This document shows positions 27,227 through 40,749 of a DNA stretch of 64,000 bases, in pieces. Origin of the DNA: Chrysomallon squamiferum (Eukaryota > Animalia > Mollusca). A program made the translations under genes and the position numbers. How positions within the stretch are numbered: position 1 is the first letter of the stretch; each line of letters opens with the position of its first letter. The notes under the pieces are model-generated. The model saw nothing but the letters and a program-made list of their open reading frames with translations. It searched no databases and was not told where the DNA came from. The stretch spans positions 1,240,001-1,304,000 of the forward strand of contig CM022672.1 in assembly GCA_012295275.1 (NCBI GenBank), in the 5' to 3' direction.

Positions 27227-28152
27227 TTATATACAGATAGATAGATGCATAGATAGATAAACATGCAAAAAAATCGTTTCCTGTTATTATTATTATTATT
27301 ATAGTTGTTGTTATTGTTGTTGTCGTCGTCGTTTTTTGTTATTACTGTAAATGAATGCTGGAAATGAGCACAGAAGCGAGCAAAATTACACACAGAAAAA
27401 AATGAAACAAGATTTTTTTTCTTTATAACGCTACTTGAAATCTTTGCTTTGTGACCTGTCACGTTTTCGTTTCAGAATGGAATAAAACACATTTACACCT
27501 TTAATGTTCTGTTATTTATCCGTTAAAGATAAGATTTTTATTTTAAATATCATACTAGACGATATTTATTGCACGGAATGTATTTTACACACACACACAC
27601 ACACACACACTCACATACAGAACAGAAACGTGAAAAGAACTTGTGACAGCAATAGAATTATCTAATGTTTAATACTTGCTTGCTATTATTTTGTCCACGA
27701 GTATAATGCGCTGTATGTACTTGGTTTCTATTAGAGGTTCGCGTGTGTAAAAGCTCTAACAGAAGCTTCTGTACTATTTTGCACTTTAGCCGAATTGCCT
27801 ACCAAAAAAAAAAAAACACATGTTCAGTTAATCGCTTGTGACCAAACGACCGGTATGGCTATTTGAGGAATAAGCAGGTAGGAGTTTTGGAATTACTGTT
27901 AGTTATGGGTGAAAGCGTGTGGCTGTTAGGTTGTTTTTTATTGTTGTTGTTGGGTCTTTTTTTTTTTTTTTTTTTTTTTTTACATGTTTGTTTGGTTAGT
28001 ATTTCTTTTTTTTTTTTTTTTTCAAAATGTTTGGTACTTCATTTATTTTATGTGGAATTTTATCGCTTATATATGTGTAATGTGTGTGTGTGTGTGTGTG
28101 TGTGTAAAAGAATGTTTAGGATAATATAGTTATGTGAACAGTGTTTTGTAAC

Positions 28153-28153
<1 letters not shown>

Positions 28154-28244
<91 letters not shown>
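28154..28244. repeat. (CT)n microsatellite
   Basis: Pure run. Confidence 0.98.
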
Positions 28245-28249
<5 letters not shown>

Positions 28250-28553
28250 ATTTTCCTGTATATGTTCATGTAGATACATAACAGCATTTCATTTATCTAC
28301 AAAACATTATATAATTTTCGTGTGTTTGATTTTATCACAAAACTGAACTCTAAAATAAACTGATCTAAAGAAAGACAAAAAAAGACCGAGGACTGAGGAT
28401 CTGACAATGTCTGTGATTCGTGTGCGTGTTTCGTTTTAAGCCTGTTAGCTCGATCTGACCCGAGTGATTGTAGAACAAAGCCAGCAGATGAAAAATAAAG
28501 CAGTGGGACCAGTGCGTAACGTAGATTAAATTCTGAAAATATTTTTATAAGTT

Positions 28554-28603
28554 ACAAAGTATCTGATCACAATGTATCTGATCACAAAGTATCTGATCAC
28601 AAA
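28554..28603. repeat. 15-bp tandem repeat x3.3 (ACAAAGTATCTGATC)
   Basis: Three near-identical units with one A>T variant. Confidence 0.95.
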
Positions 28604-29111
28604 ATCGTCTCCACCAGTAAAAATGTACTGCCGATACAACTAATAATATTAACAATATGAAGACGACCACGACTTCCACTATCACCACCACCACTACGAC
28701 TACGTTATGATATACCAAAGTCTTTTAACAGTTAGTGACACCTAATTTAGCAGCAGGAATTTCTAATTCGTCAGAACCCGAAGGGAATTATTTCAATAAC
28801 GTTATGTGAATGTTACTGTATAATTCCGACACGCAACAGCTTCGAAGTAATCCTGTATATCTTTGTCTCATCCTCTTGCTACGTTCAGTTAATTAGATTT
28901 CTGACCTGTCCCACAGGAGAGATTCACGAAATTGTAGTCAATACTGTACTGATAAATAAATATCCCGTTTAGTAAGCAGAGTGCGTTTATTATGACTCAG
29001 TCGGTAATCTTGTCATATTTGCCATAGCCAAAATTGGATAAAGCAAGGTTTATACAGCTATAAGCAGATACATACATAGATAGATTATATATATAAAAAG
29101 ATACATAATAG

Positions 29112-29190
29112 ATACATACATAAATGCATACATACATACAAATATACATACATACATACATACATACATACATACATACATACATACATA
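29112..29190. repeat. (ATAC)n microsatellite
   Basis: Visible run with interruptions. Confidence 0.97.
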
Positions 29191-29713
29191 AATACAAATA
29201 TATCTAGCATATTGTGGATATTTATAAATTGAATTCAGCTGTGACTGATTGCTTCTGGACATTTCAATATTCTACTCAGAAGTAATTGTTGGAAACCAGA
29301 CAAGACCTAATAACGAGCCAAAACCGTTCAAACAAAATAGCATTAACTTATTACAAATTTAGTTATAAACAAATCCCAGTTAGCACTGGCTATGCATTCT
29401 GAACGACGGCCAGTGTTATGGAATAGTCTAACTCTGACAAGATTTAATATTGCTATGAACTGTGGAATATGGCATTCCAGAGACACCGGTCTGTTTCGCT
29501 ACTGATCCTGAGTTGACTTGAATGCGTGTAAAACAACGGCTCTGTTGAAATTACTCGTCATAAGAGATCGCGTAAAACGAAGATAGAGCTTCCTGGCAGT
29601 AATGCTCGATGCTGGAGATCACGTCACTGAATTATCTCTGGCCTGACTGTATAACGAATGATTTGGTCGAAGAATTTCAAATTAAGATACGGTTTAACCT
29701 GGTTTCTTTATTT

Positions 29714-29750
<37 letters not shown>

Positions 29751-29851
29751 AAAAATTCCAACGGAAAAAATATATGATATGTGGTATTATAGCTGACAGG
29801 TTGCAAAACATTGGCAGATAACCTATTTATAGATGTGAGTCACAAACACAA

Positions 29852-30190
29852 GTGTATGTATACTTGTATGTATGTATGTATGTATGTATGTATGTATGTA
29901 TGTATGTATATGTATGCATGTATGTATGTATGTATGTATGTATGTATGTATATATATGTATGTATGTATGTATGCATGTATGTATGTATGTATGTATGTA
30001 TGTATGTATGTATGTATGTATGTATGTATGTATGTATGTATATTTGTATGTATGTATGTATGTATGTATGTATGTATGTATGTATGTATATGTATGCATG
30101 TATGTATGCATGTATGTATGTATGTATGTATATGTATGCATGTATGTATGCATGTATGTATGTATGTATGCGTGCATGTGCATGTATGTA
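29852..30190. repeat. Long interrupted (TATG)n microsatellite, about 340 bp
   Basis: Visible run; source of the MYVC/YIHT ORFs at 29811-30355. Confidence 0.98.
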
Positions 30191-31759
30191 GTATATATGG
30201 ATAGATGGACGGATGGATGCGTATTCATAATTATATGTATGTATGTACGTATGTGTATATATGCACGTATATACGTACAAACACACAAATATAGACACAC
30301 ACACAAAGAACACTCGAATGCACACACAATGGGCATGACCTCTGACTTGGCTTAATCTTAAAGTAAAGAAAATAGTTTATTTTACAGATCTCTGTGGTCC
30401 GTAACGGTGTTCACAATGTCCCATTGTTTTCTTAAACCATTGGTTCACAACCTGTACAATCGTATAATCTCTCGTATTATTCATAAAACTCTTGATATAT
30501 CTGTAATATGGGCTAAAAATATAATGGGAAATATATTTCCACCGCTTCAGACGTAATCTGTGTTAATATATTCTTGTAACTGTGAGGAATAAAACGTGTA
30601 TATTTAGAATCCGATGCAAATGTATAAAATACATTCGTAGATAATAGCTCAGGTCAGATTGTGTATTTCAGAAAAAGCTTGTTTTGTATAAAAGGGAAAT
30701 ACACGAGTGGTCAAGCTAACAAAAAGAAGGTAAATATCTGTCACACTAATGAAACGAAGATCTCAGTTTGACGTCCTTGTTAGAGTCATTTGTTTTGTCT
30801 TAACAGAACTATTACTACTACTACTAATACTTCTATTAATACTTCTACTAAAACATTGTATTACTGCTTCTACCACTATCACTACTATTACTACTATTAC
30901 ACTACTACTACTACTGCGACTAGTATTACTATAATAATAATTTTTTTTTTATATTTACAGACTGATGAACATTTAAGTTAACAGACTGGAAATTAAAAGA
31001 ATTTACCCTGCAGGTACGTTGTGTCTTCTAGTTTCTTCTTATTTCTAATTATTATTATTATTTTATTTATTTATTTATTTATATGTTTTTTTCAGTTATT
31101 TAAATTATTTGTAGAAATTATTCGTCGATTTGAAATTATATTTTTATTTCACTTTTCTTCCCTAAAGTTAGATAGATATATATGTGTGTATGTCTTATTG
31201 TGTCTGTGTAACTGTGTGTGTGTATGTGTATACGCATACACAAACAGACAATATTCACATATGAAACAAAATAATAATAATAACAATAAGTAAGAAAAGG
31301 AAAAGAAAGAAAACAAAAGAAAAAGAAACCACGTTTATTGTTATATGAAACCAAATATTATATTCATATCTTATGATTATACAATTTGTTTTAACATGTA
31401 AACAAATATACCTTTATGGATGTTTTTGCTGTTTGTTTTTATATCTTAGTATTTAATTTGATGTTTTATTAAGGAACTTTTACATTACTAAATCTCAGTG
31501 AATTTGGAATCTAAAGTTGATCGCTGAATTTCTTTGCGACATGCTTCAGTTTATTAATACAAACTGTGTAATAATTATATAAATAATGTTATATATTACA
31601 AAGTTACTGAAAGCAAAATATACTGAACAAAAATCACCGACATGAAAAGACGGATTATTTTGTAAACCAGAGTGTAATGCCTTTATAACGTAATGCAATA
31701 ATATTAAATATATTTATCCGTTAACATACTTCATGATCCCTTATTTTTTTTCTGTATAT

Positions 31760-31800
<41 letters not shown>

Positions 31801-33349
31801 AACATACATATCGGTAGAGGTTTAATTCTAGCCAACAACATGCGTAACTCAGTGAAAAATATTTTAATCGGTAACAAATACACATTCATCCAAATTCAAT
31901 ACATACCCAGCATAATAACAATAACTAAAGACCAGAACTCTTCAATGGACAAATCTTAGAGTACAAGGCCATCCGAACCAACACAGATATATTATGTGAA
32001 AAACTCGTGTCGTTTATTTCTTCTTTCAATGTTAAATGCTCGCATGAGTTTTTAACAGTTTATAAACTACGATGTCTCTTCGAGTGTGCTCTGTTCTTTG
32101 AGAGTGAAATATTGTTCACTATAAACACAGAGTCAGAGCACACGAGGACGTGACTGGCTTTGTCAGTCAGAAGTTATTTCAAGATGAGTTTTGTAAATGA
32201 GTCTTCAGTTCTAAGCTGTGTTGACTAATGCTATTACAAACGAAAACATTTTATATAACTGTAATATAATTTCTGAATCAATCTGTGTAACAGAGTCTGT
32301 ATGAATGAAAAAAATACATATCAGAATAATATGTGTGTGGTTTGATCATAAATTTATCAACGTGTCTTAAATAAGAATTCTCAGCCGTTTACCAACATGT
32401 CTGTCTGACCAGTTACCAGTTTAGCTATATGTTTGTCTGTCTGTGTGTTCGTCCATCCATCCACGCACTTATCTGTTTCCATCTTCTTTTCTTTGTATTT
32501 ATCTATTTTCTTTTGTTGTTGATTGCTGCAGAAATATGAACAAAATTGGACGATTGTCTGTCGCCATTCCCATTTACCTTTTGAATACATGAATAGTAAC
32601 ATTGTCCTTTCATCCGTAACTAACCATTTCCTTTCACTTGCCGCATCGACGTATTAAAATCCACCTTGATTAATATTTGTGGAAACATAAACGTAAAGTA
32701 ACGAGTATTGTTATTGAAATTTACCACCGCGTAGTCATATAATATTCTCCTTTTTCTTTACTTCTTCTCTTTCTTTATTTAATTTTCTGTCATATTTCCA
32801 TTAATAAAATAAATCATTTTTTTCCCCTCCCTCTCTCTCTCTCCCCCTCTCTCTCTTTCTCTCTCTAAGGAAGACTCGTCTTCGCCTCATTACTTTTTTT
32901 TTCTGGTCTGTCTGATTTTTATTGTCGGTCTGCTTCCATCAATAAACAAAGGTAAATTGATTAATCTTAAAAATTCCAGCTTAATATCCTCTTCTCTGCG
33001 GTTGGCCGCGACTTCATCTGTTTTCTTAATTACTTACCAACACAACCAGTGACACGTTGCCACGTACGTAGAGAGAGACAGAGTTAAAAAAACTGTTAGT
33101 TTATTACATAATGATTTATATGAAGATATTTTCTGATCAATCAATAGATGTCCGCAAATAACGCGACCCACTGACTGTGTGACACCGGATCACGTTACTG
33201 CCACAGTCTCTTTGTTAGAATCAGACCCAGAACACTGAGCCAAGACAAGAAAGCCAAACAGACGACAAACCACGCGCATCTTGCAGTAATAGACCAGTGG
33301 TGGTAGCAGAGGTTGTGGTATAAATAGATCAGTAGCCGAGGTAGTCGCA

Positions 33350-33780
33350 GTGATGGTTATATTATTAGAAGTGGTGGTTGTGGTAATAGCTTTGGTTGTT
33401 ATTGTCGTAGTAGTAATAACAGTAGTGGTAGCAGTTAATCAGGGCTGTGGTAGTAGTAGCTGTAATAGAGATAATAAAAGAAGTAGTAGCAGTAGTAATA
33501 GGAATAAGAAAAGCAACAGTAACATGATAGTAACAATACTGCTAATAATAATATTAGTAGTAATAGTAGTATCAGTAGCAATAACAGTAAAATTAATAGT
33601 AGTAGTACTACTACTACTAATAGTACTTGTAGGGGTAGTTATAGTGACAGTAATAGAACAGTAGTAATAGCAAAATAATAGAAATAGTAATATTAGTAAT
33701 AATGATAGCATTAATAGTAATATCAGCAGTAGTAATAATTGTAGTAGTAGCAGTTGAATTAGTAGTAGTAATAATAATAC
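33350..33780. repeat. Degenerate (AGT)n/(AAT)n tract
   Basis: Visible low-complexity sequence. Confidence 0.9.
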
Positions 33781-33896
33781 TAGTCAGTTTTGATATGTTT
33801 CTTTCAGATGATCTTTAACATTTTTAGTTAGTTATACGAAATAACATAGGCCTTGACTGAAACATATCTGTGGTGCGGTGTGCATAATGTAAGATG

Positions 33897-33942
<46 letters not shown>

Positions 33943-34675
33943 GTATCTCTTTTTCTGTCAGTCTATTACGACACTGTACTCTAAAATATAATTGTATATT
34001 ATCACAACTTTGTTTGTTTTTTTCCATTATTATATTTATTCCTTCCTTATTTATTTCATATCTGTCTTCCTTAAATTTCATTTGCTCAGCAAGAAAACAG
34101 TTTTTGTACGTGATAAGTTTTATATCATTCAAACCTGATGCGAATTCTTCCAATCTATTCTTGTTTTGTTCTCTTGCGCTATTTTCATCTGTACTTTTAC
34201 TTCTTCTGAATGTTAATTATATTGGCCTTGCTGATCATTCAGTCATACTGACGTGTTTACCTGCTAACGATTTTCTTTGTATGTACTGTATACGTTTTAG
34301 CTCATATCTTGTCATTTTATATTTGTATATCAACAGGATCTCACATTTTTGCAATGCCAACAAATAACTAACTCATTATCCCGTATTTCTGTATATTCCA
34401 ACGTACAGCAGGCTGTCTCCTATGTGTGCACATCTTCATGTATAATTCATCTTCTCATATTACCTATACAAATTCTAATACCAAACTGATTATTTCATAT
34501 TTGAACACGTTCAAAATTACAATTATCTTATTTGTATTCATTCTGACATGTAATTAGCATTTTCGTGTTTGTATAGGTTTTAACGTATCCTTTATTTATT
34601 TACACATGATATATATATAAAAAAAAACGAGTATTTCATTTTTCAGAAAAATTTAACATTATTATATATTTTCTT

Positions 34676-34862
34676 ATCTATCTCTATGTCTATCTATCTA
34701 TCTATCTGTCTATGTATCTATCTATCTATCTATGTATCTATCTATCTATCTATGTCTATATATGTATGTACGTATGTATGTATGTATGTATGTATGTATC
34801 TATCTATCTCTCTATCTGTCTGTCTGTCTGTCTATATGTGTACCTATCTATGTATGTATGTG
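34676..34862. repeat. Compound (TATC)n(TATG)n(TGTC)n
   Basis: Visible runs. Confidence 0.95.
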
Positions 34863-34989
34863 TATACGTGTCGCAAAAAAGCACTTTATCACAGTGTACA
34901 TTCCAGGACAATCATGTTTTCTATTCACGCACACACGCACAATGACCAAACAGACTGTTGTGACAAACGTTTACACGGCTGGAAGAACC

Positions 34990-35636
34990 ACATCAGTCTT
35001 CCGCGTGCCACGCGTGCTGGCAGCCAACACGAGGATAAACGTTATTAGGCAAAAATGCGCTGCTCAGACGTAATTTATCTTTTGAGCTGCCTGTGAAGTA
35101 TTAATGAAAATATTGTTGCTAATTTCGTCCTTGCGAAGCCCATCATGTCCAAACAGATTCTGGAAGTTGAAGGAAATTTCATCAGCGCTGGTAGCATGTT
35201 CCCGCCATGGTGCTGAATCCCCCCTCCACGTCAGGAGAATGCCACTAAGCAGGTCTTATACAAGCCTTCCTGCGAAACAATCTTAAGTTTTATTTGTCTT
35301 TTATTTATTTTATCTCTTTCTCTACCAAACACAACCCTCAGCAATCAGACCGTGTTATCCTCCCAAACCTCTACATTCACGGAAGACCAACCAGCCCCTC
35401 CTATCAGAAAGATGAAATTGCTGTCCATACCCGACTCTGTCAATAAAACAAACTCCTCCTTCCTTCCATCCCCACCCATCATGCAAATTATCCACGTTTT
35501 TTCTCCTGCCCCCTCACACTCAGAGAAAGTCTGCGTGTCCTCCCCCTCCCTAAAAACCCCGCCCGTCGTCATTCGATCTTCCTCCAATCCATCAGAAAGA
35601 CTAAACTCGCATGCGGTTAAATTAATCCCCTTGTGA
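34990..35636. promoter_or_regulatory. C-rich promoter- or enhancer-like island
   Basis: TTCCCGCC (E2F-like, 35199), CCACGTCA (35226), GC box CCCCGCCC (35557), minus-strand G4 motif 35542-35564 and TAATCC at about 35622. Strong C skew on the plus strand. Confidence 0.3.
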
Positions 35637-35876
35637 AAAAGTGTTTGTAGAAGACGATTAATGCAACACTCTGGCTATCAAATCGAGTACAAGGTGGAAT
35701 CAGGCAAAAGAGAAACAAACAGAACCAGGTTAATACATTTATTCACCGATTTGTTTTAGTCCAGGACTTGCTATTAATAGCCAGTGTCTGAAAACGATAT
35801 AGAAATTCAAAATTAATATATACAGAAAAAAAAAAAAAATATAAAAAAAAAAAAAAAAAAATAAAAGAAAAGATAT

Positions 35877-35915
<39 letters not shown>

Positions 35916-36854
35916 AATATAGAAATTATTTTTTTTAATTTAATTAAAGAATTTGCAAAAAGCTAAAGCGGCATAATGTTATCCTTTGATATATTACGTC
36001 GAGTTATCTTTCTTACTAAATCAGAGTTATCTTTTCGTCGTGATGATAAATTATGTTCACTTTCGTTCCATTTGACAGATATCTTTCTTCACAGTAATTG
36101 TTTTCGTCAGAAAATAGATATGGTAATTAAAACGCCCTTGAAAACACGACCATTAAAAAGGTTAAAAATGGTAACAGTTGTTATAATACATAAACCTATA
36201 TTTTTGTGTATGTATCTGTGTCAGTGTGTCTGTGTGTGTGTGTATGTGTGTGAATTCGTACTTACAAAATACGTTTTCTCATTTGAACCTTTTGCAACAA
36301 AACCGTACATTGATGAACTACTAGCATTCATCTCATTCTTATACTATTATCTAACCCACTGCAGACTTTTAAATAATTATTAAACTACAATGGTAGATTT
36401 TATATATATATATATATTTACGTTTGATTGGGCTTTCTTGATATATTAATTTCAGTGATATGACACCTTAGATCAGTCTGTCTAAATCCTTTTGGTGTGG
36501 TTTTCTTTCCATCAGAGATTTTCAAGCACACTTATCAATGAGCTAAAGAGTTCTGTGCCACACAGTCATATTTCTTATATTTTTTGGCTTCTTCGAAAAG
36601 CTTGGGGATTTTTTTGATTTTTTTATTCCGGAAATAAATGTTGGATTGCTGTCTAACTGACATAATTCTAGCGCGGAAAAAAGCGACGGCAAGTCAGGAA
36701 ATCCCTGGCGCCAGAGACTTTGATACTGAAAGGTAGAATACATCGAGGATAATCTGTTGATTTACTCATCAGTATTTTCTTCTCAAAATTCGTTGCCGGT
36801 CTAAATTTGAATATTTATATCTTTTTGATAGCAAAAAAATCCATCCACCTTTCT

Positions 36855-37057
36855 ACTACTATCTCTCTGCTGCTGCTGTTGCTGCTGCTGCTGCTACTAC
36901 TACTACTGCTGACGATGATATTTTCTGCTACTTCTTCTGCTAATATTGCTACAAATATTAGTACAACAACAACAAATAATACTAAAACTACAGTTCTGTT
37001 GCTACGACTGTTGCTACTACTTTTTCAAATAGCAACAACAACAACAGCAACAACAAC

Positions 37058-37107
<50 letters not shown>

Positions 37108-37240
37108 TAATAATACTGATAACAGCAGCAATAATAATATTAATGATAACAATATTAATAATAACAATAACAATAATGATAATAATAACAACAACAATAA
37201 TAATAATAATAATAATGATAATAATAACAATAACAATAAT
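36855..37240. repeat. (CTG)n/(ACT)n/(AAC)n/(AAT)n compound tract
   Basis: Visible runs; source of ORF 36807..37352. Confidence 0.93.
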
Positions 37241-37611
37241 ACTGTTACATATCAACTGTAATCTATCTCTGAGTAGGCTGTCAACATCAGCTGACAATCA
37301 GTATGCTGGGTTTACTGGCGAGGAGAGACTTAACATTAAAATGAATTATTAGAAAATTAGTGAGTTCAGTGTGTGGTGCTTTGTGACTTATGTGTGAATT
37401 AATCTAGAATCTCTCACACCCTTAACACAACTGAACAGAAAGCTTTGAGACCCAGTGAAAGAAGTTTTTTTTAAGAGATATTTCGGCATATTTGATATTA
37501 ACTGTTATTCGGATGAAGATGAAGGGTAAAAGAAACCAAGGAGTAAAACAAATCCAAAAGTAATTCTTATCATTTAGCAGAAAAAAATATCATTTAAAGG
37601 CACTTTGTCTT

Positions 37612-37790
37612 GGATAGAGAGAGACAGAGAGAACGAGAGATAAACTGAGAAAAAGACAGAGATAAACTGAGAGGAAAGATAGATAGATAGATAGATTAGA
37701 TAGATAGAGAGAGAGTCAGATAGACAGAGAGACAGACAGACAGACAGACAGATATATAGACAGATAAACAGACAGACAGACAGCGAGGAA
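37612..37790. repeat. (AGAT)n/(AGAC)n/(AG)n compound
   Basis: Visible runs. Confidence 0.9.
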
Positions 37791-38526
37791 GCGTGAGCCA
37801 TAGACAATGACAGAAAGAGAAAGAGACATATAGTGATATATAAAGAAAAACAGAGAAAAGAAAGTATTAGAGAGAAAGAACGCGTGAGAGATACAAATAT
37901 TAATTTTAAGAAAAGTGACAAGACATTAATATCTATGATTCAAGCAGTAGGAACTTTCATCACAATTCTGTTCAGTTGATAAACACTGTGAAGAGCTGCC
38001 GCCAGTTAGATCCTTTCTTCTCCTCCTTTATGTTGTTTATCTGCAAACAGCATATTCCTTTACGACTCGCATGTACGACTGCCGAAACACTTTCGTTAAG
38101 ATCGTAGAAAAACGTCTTTCTGTAACAGCATTGTTGCGCAAATTTATATTTAGTAGTGATGTTTTTTTCACTCTTTCCTTACGATCTTTTTTTCCCATAG
38201 GGTTTTGTTTTTACCTTGAGAAGCATCCAAGCACCACTTACATGAATGAATTATCAGGTAATTGGCACGCGCTGGAGTAACCAGATAACAGTTTCTTAGC
38301 TGTAACCAGCGGTTCATGTTTCAGTGGTTAAGCTCTTCAACGTGCTAAGATGTTTGATTGCAACACAAACGTTAACATTTTGTTTCCTTTTTTTTTTTCT
38401 TTTTTTAAAGAGCAGAAGACTTTGATATTTTATTTTGTATTTAAAAGGAGAGTACATTTATAATCAAAAATAAAAAGCAAAATAATAATAAAAAATTTAT
38501 AATAATATTAATAATAATAATAATAA

Positions 38527-38561
<35 letters not shown>

Positions 38562-38934
38562 ACAGTAGTAGTAGCAGTAGCAGTAGCAATAAAAGAAAAT
38601 AGAAAAAAGAAAGAAAACAGATAGATAATAAAAAAGAACATAATATAAAATTCATCATACTAATCGAATTTTATTTTTCATAACTTAAATGGTCAATTAA
38701 GAAGAATGCATGAATGTTTGCAGGAGAAAGATGAATAAAAAGCTCATCTTCAGACATGATCGCTGTGGCATTCTGAAACGAATTGCCCGAGTTCAAAGAA
38801 AGCCGGAAAGTGAAAAAGCGAAACAGCGTGAATGATAGCAGGAAATCTGACAGGCTTTACTCCAATTAGCAATTAGAGTTTTTACGTAATCCACGAAGAA
38901 ACTGAATCTTTAGATAGCTTTTGACATGTCGCTT

Positions 38935-39039
38935 ATTATCATAACAGCCATCATTATAATTTATCTTCATCAGTATCATCATCATCATCATCATCATCGT
39001 CGTCGTTGTCATGGTCGTTATTATCATCATCACCATCAC

Positions 39040-39083
<44 letters not shown>

Positions 39084-39150
39084 CATCATCATTATTATCC
39101 ATGGCCGTAATCACCATCATTACCGTTATCATTACCATAGTAATTATCAT
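38935..39150. repeat. (CAT)n/(ATT)n tract
   Basis: Visible runs. Confidence 0.93.
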
Positions 39151-39797
39151 TAATCAAGAATATATTTTTCATAAATGTTACAATATATAAGTATCTTCAT
39201 TTACTATAATATATTGTTCGATTAATTCTTGTAGCATATGTGAAAAAAATATTTTTTTTGCTAAATGAATTAAATTCAGAAATCAGAACTAATGAACAAA
39301 TCCACAAATAAACAGTATCATAAATATAACAGTAGAGAAAAAAATGTACAAGGAAATCAATCCACTAATGAGAACAGAAAAAGCTATATAGAGAGACAGA
39401 GATTAACGGAATTAACCTAATTTGTCGATAAACCAAAGTACCCGCTTCTGTTCTGAATAATGCATTGTGATAATTAGCAAAAGGGACTGAAGAACATACA
39501 CATGGTAGCCTTCTTTTTAAGTCCTCGGGGATGTAGTTTGTGTAAATAAAGTTGTTAGAAATTAGCAGAGGAATGCCGGTACTGACACTGCGGCTTATTG
39601 GAAGTCACAGTTTGTGCTAGTTATCACACGTGGCTATTAATAAATAAATAATGATGAAGAAAACGGGTCAGTGATTATTAGCTGTTGGGATCAAAGTGTT
39701 AGGATATAATTATCACGTCTTTACATGTGCCGGTCATGGAGGAGGATTTCGAAGAGGGCCCATCCTTCATTTATCCCATTGTATTATTATTATTATT

Positions 39798-39834
<37 letters not shown>

Positions 39835-40381
39835 TTGATTTTTGTTGTCTGGTCGTCGTCAACATTAAACGTTTTTCGTTATAATAAAATTAATTTCATT
39901 TTTATAGCTATGTGGCTTTGTTCATATTGTGAATCTGTCCTTGGATTCAGTTATTATCATATTGATTCGTTCACTTTCTTTATCCCTTTGTTTTGTTTGT
40001 TCTGTTCCAATAGGCGTATCTTTTTGATATACAAATCGTGACTGCACTGAGCACTATTGTCTTGCTTTGTTTTGTACTAACAACGTCAGTGTATCTGTGG
40101 TTATGACATCAGTGGAATCTGTCAGGTCGTTCCAACGTATCTGTTTCATTGGGGATGCGAAAGACATCTAAAATCTATTTCGTTCAAACTAATTATCTAA
40201 CACATTCTTAATGGTATATTCGCACTTTTTGTTCACTGTTCTTGCCCTTCAATAACTGTCACTACTTTTGGCCTACAGACTTATTTATCGTTGTTTTTTT
40301 TCAACATTTTTAAAATTTTGATTTCGTTCTGTTGCTGTTGAACTTAAAACTGTGCGACAAAATAGGTTCATTAGAAGTCGA

Positions 40382-40582
40382 GGTGTTGTCTTATCTTATA
40401 TGGGAAGGTGCATATAAAACATCCTGTTTGTTAAAACATTAGAATACTCTGTTGAATGATCGCGAAAGGCTTCCTCTCTCAAATATTTACTTCTAACTAA
40501 TGTTTTCTGATTATAACTATTAACATTAAAATCGTAATGAGGCACGTGTGAAATATTAACAAAAAGAAGGAAAGAACGAAGG
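40382..40582 (+). mobile_element. Decayed SINE copy (Meta-domain-like)
   Basis: CTTATATGGGAAGGTGCATATAAAACATCC...GGCTTCCTCTCTCAAATAT...TAAAATCGTAATGAGGCACGTGTGAAATA is colinear with the 14920 and 45780 copies. Confidence 0.5.
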
Positions 40583-40719
40583 AAAAGAAAATAATAATAA
40601 AAAAAACCACATTGATCTTCTGTGCAAACATGACAGTGTTATTCTTGAACATTTCTCATTATTCTGTGCGCCGTTATGACTTCGTCATTCGCAGCGAAAA
40701 CAAAAATAAACCCTGGAGT

Positions 40720-40749
40720 ACGAGAAATGTATTTACATGCATTTCTCGT
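40720..40749. other. 13-bp inverted repeat (hairpin) with a 4-nt loop
   Basis: ACGAGAAATGTAT-TTAC-ATGCATTTCTCGT: 12 Watson-Crick pairs plus one T-G wobble. Confidence 0.8.

Noticed and set aside
33960-34230. Minus-strand NKNRLEEFASGLNDIKL, faintly like a LINE APE endonuclease motif
   Set aside because: No GDFN, IDY or SDH motifs and no RT fragments nearby; too weak without an HMM search.
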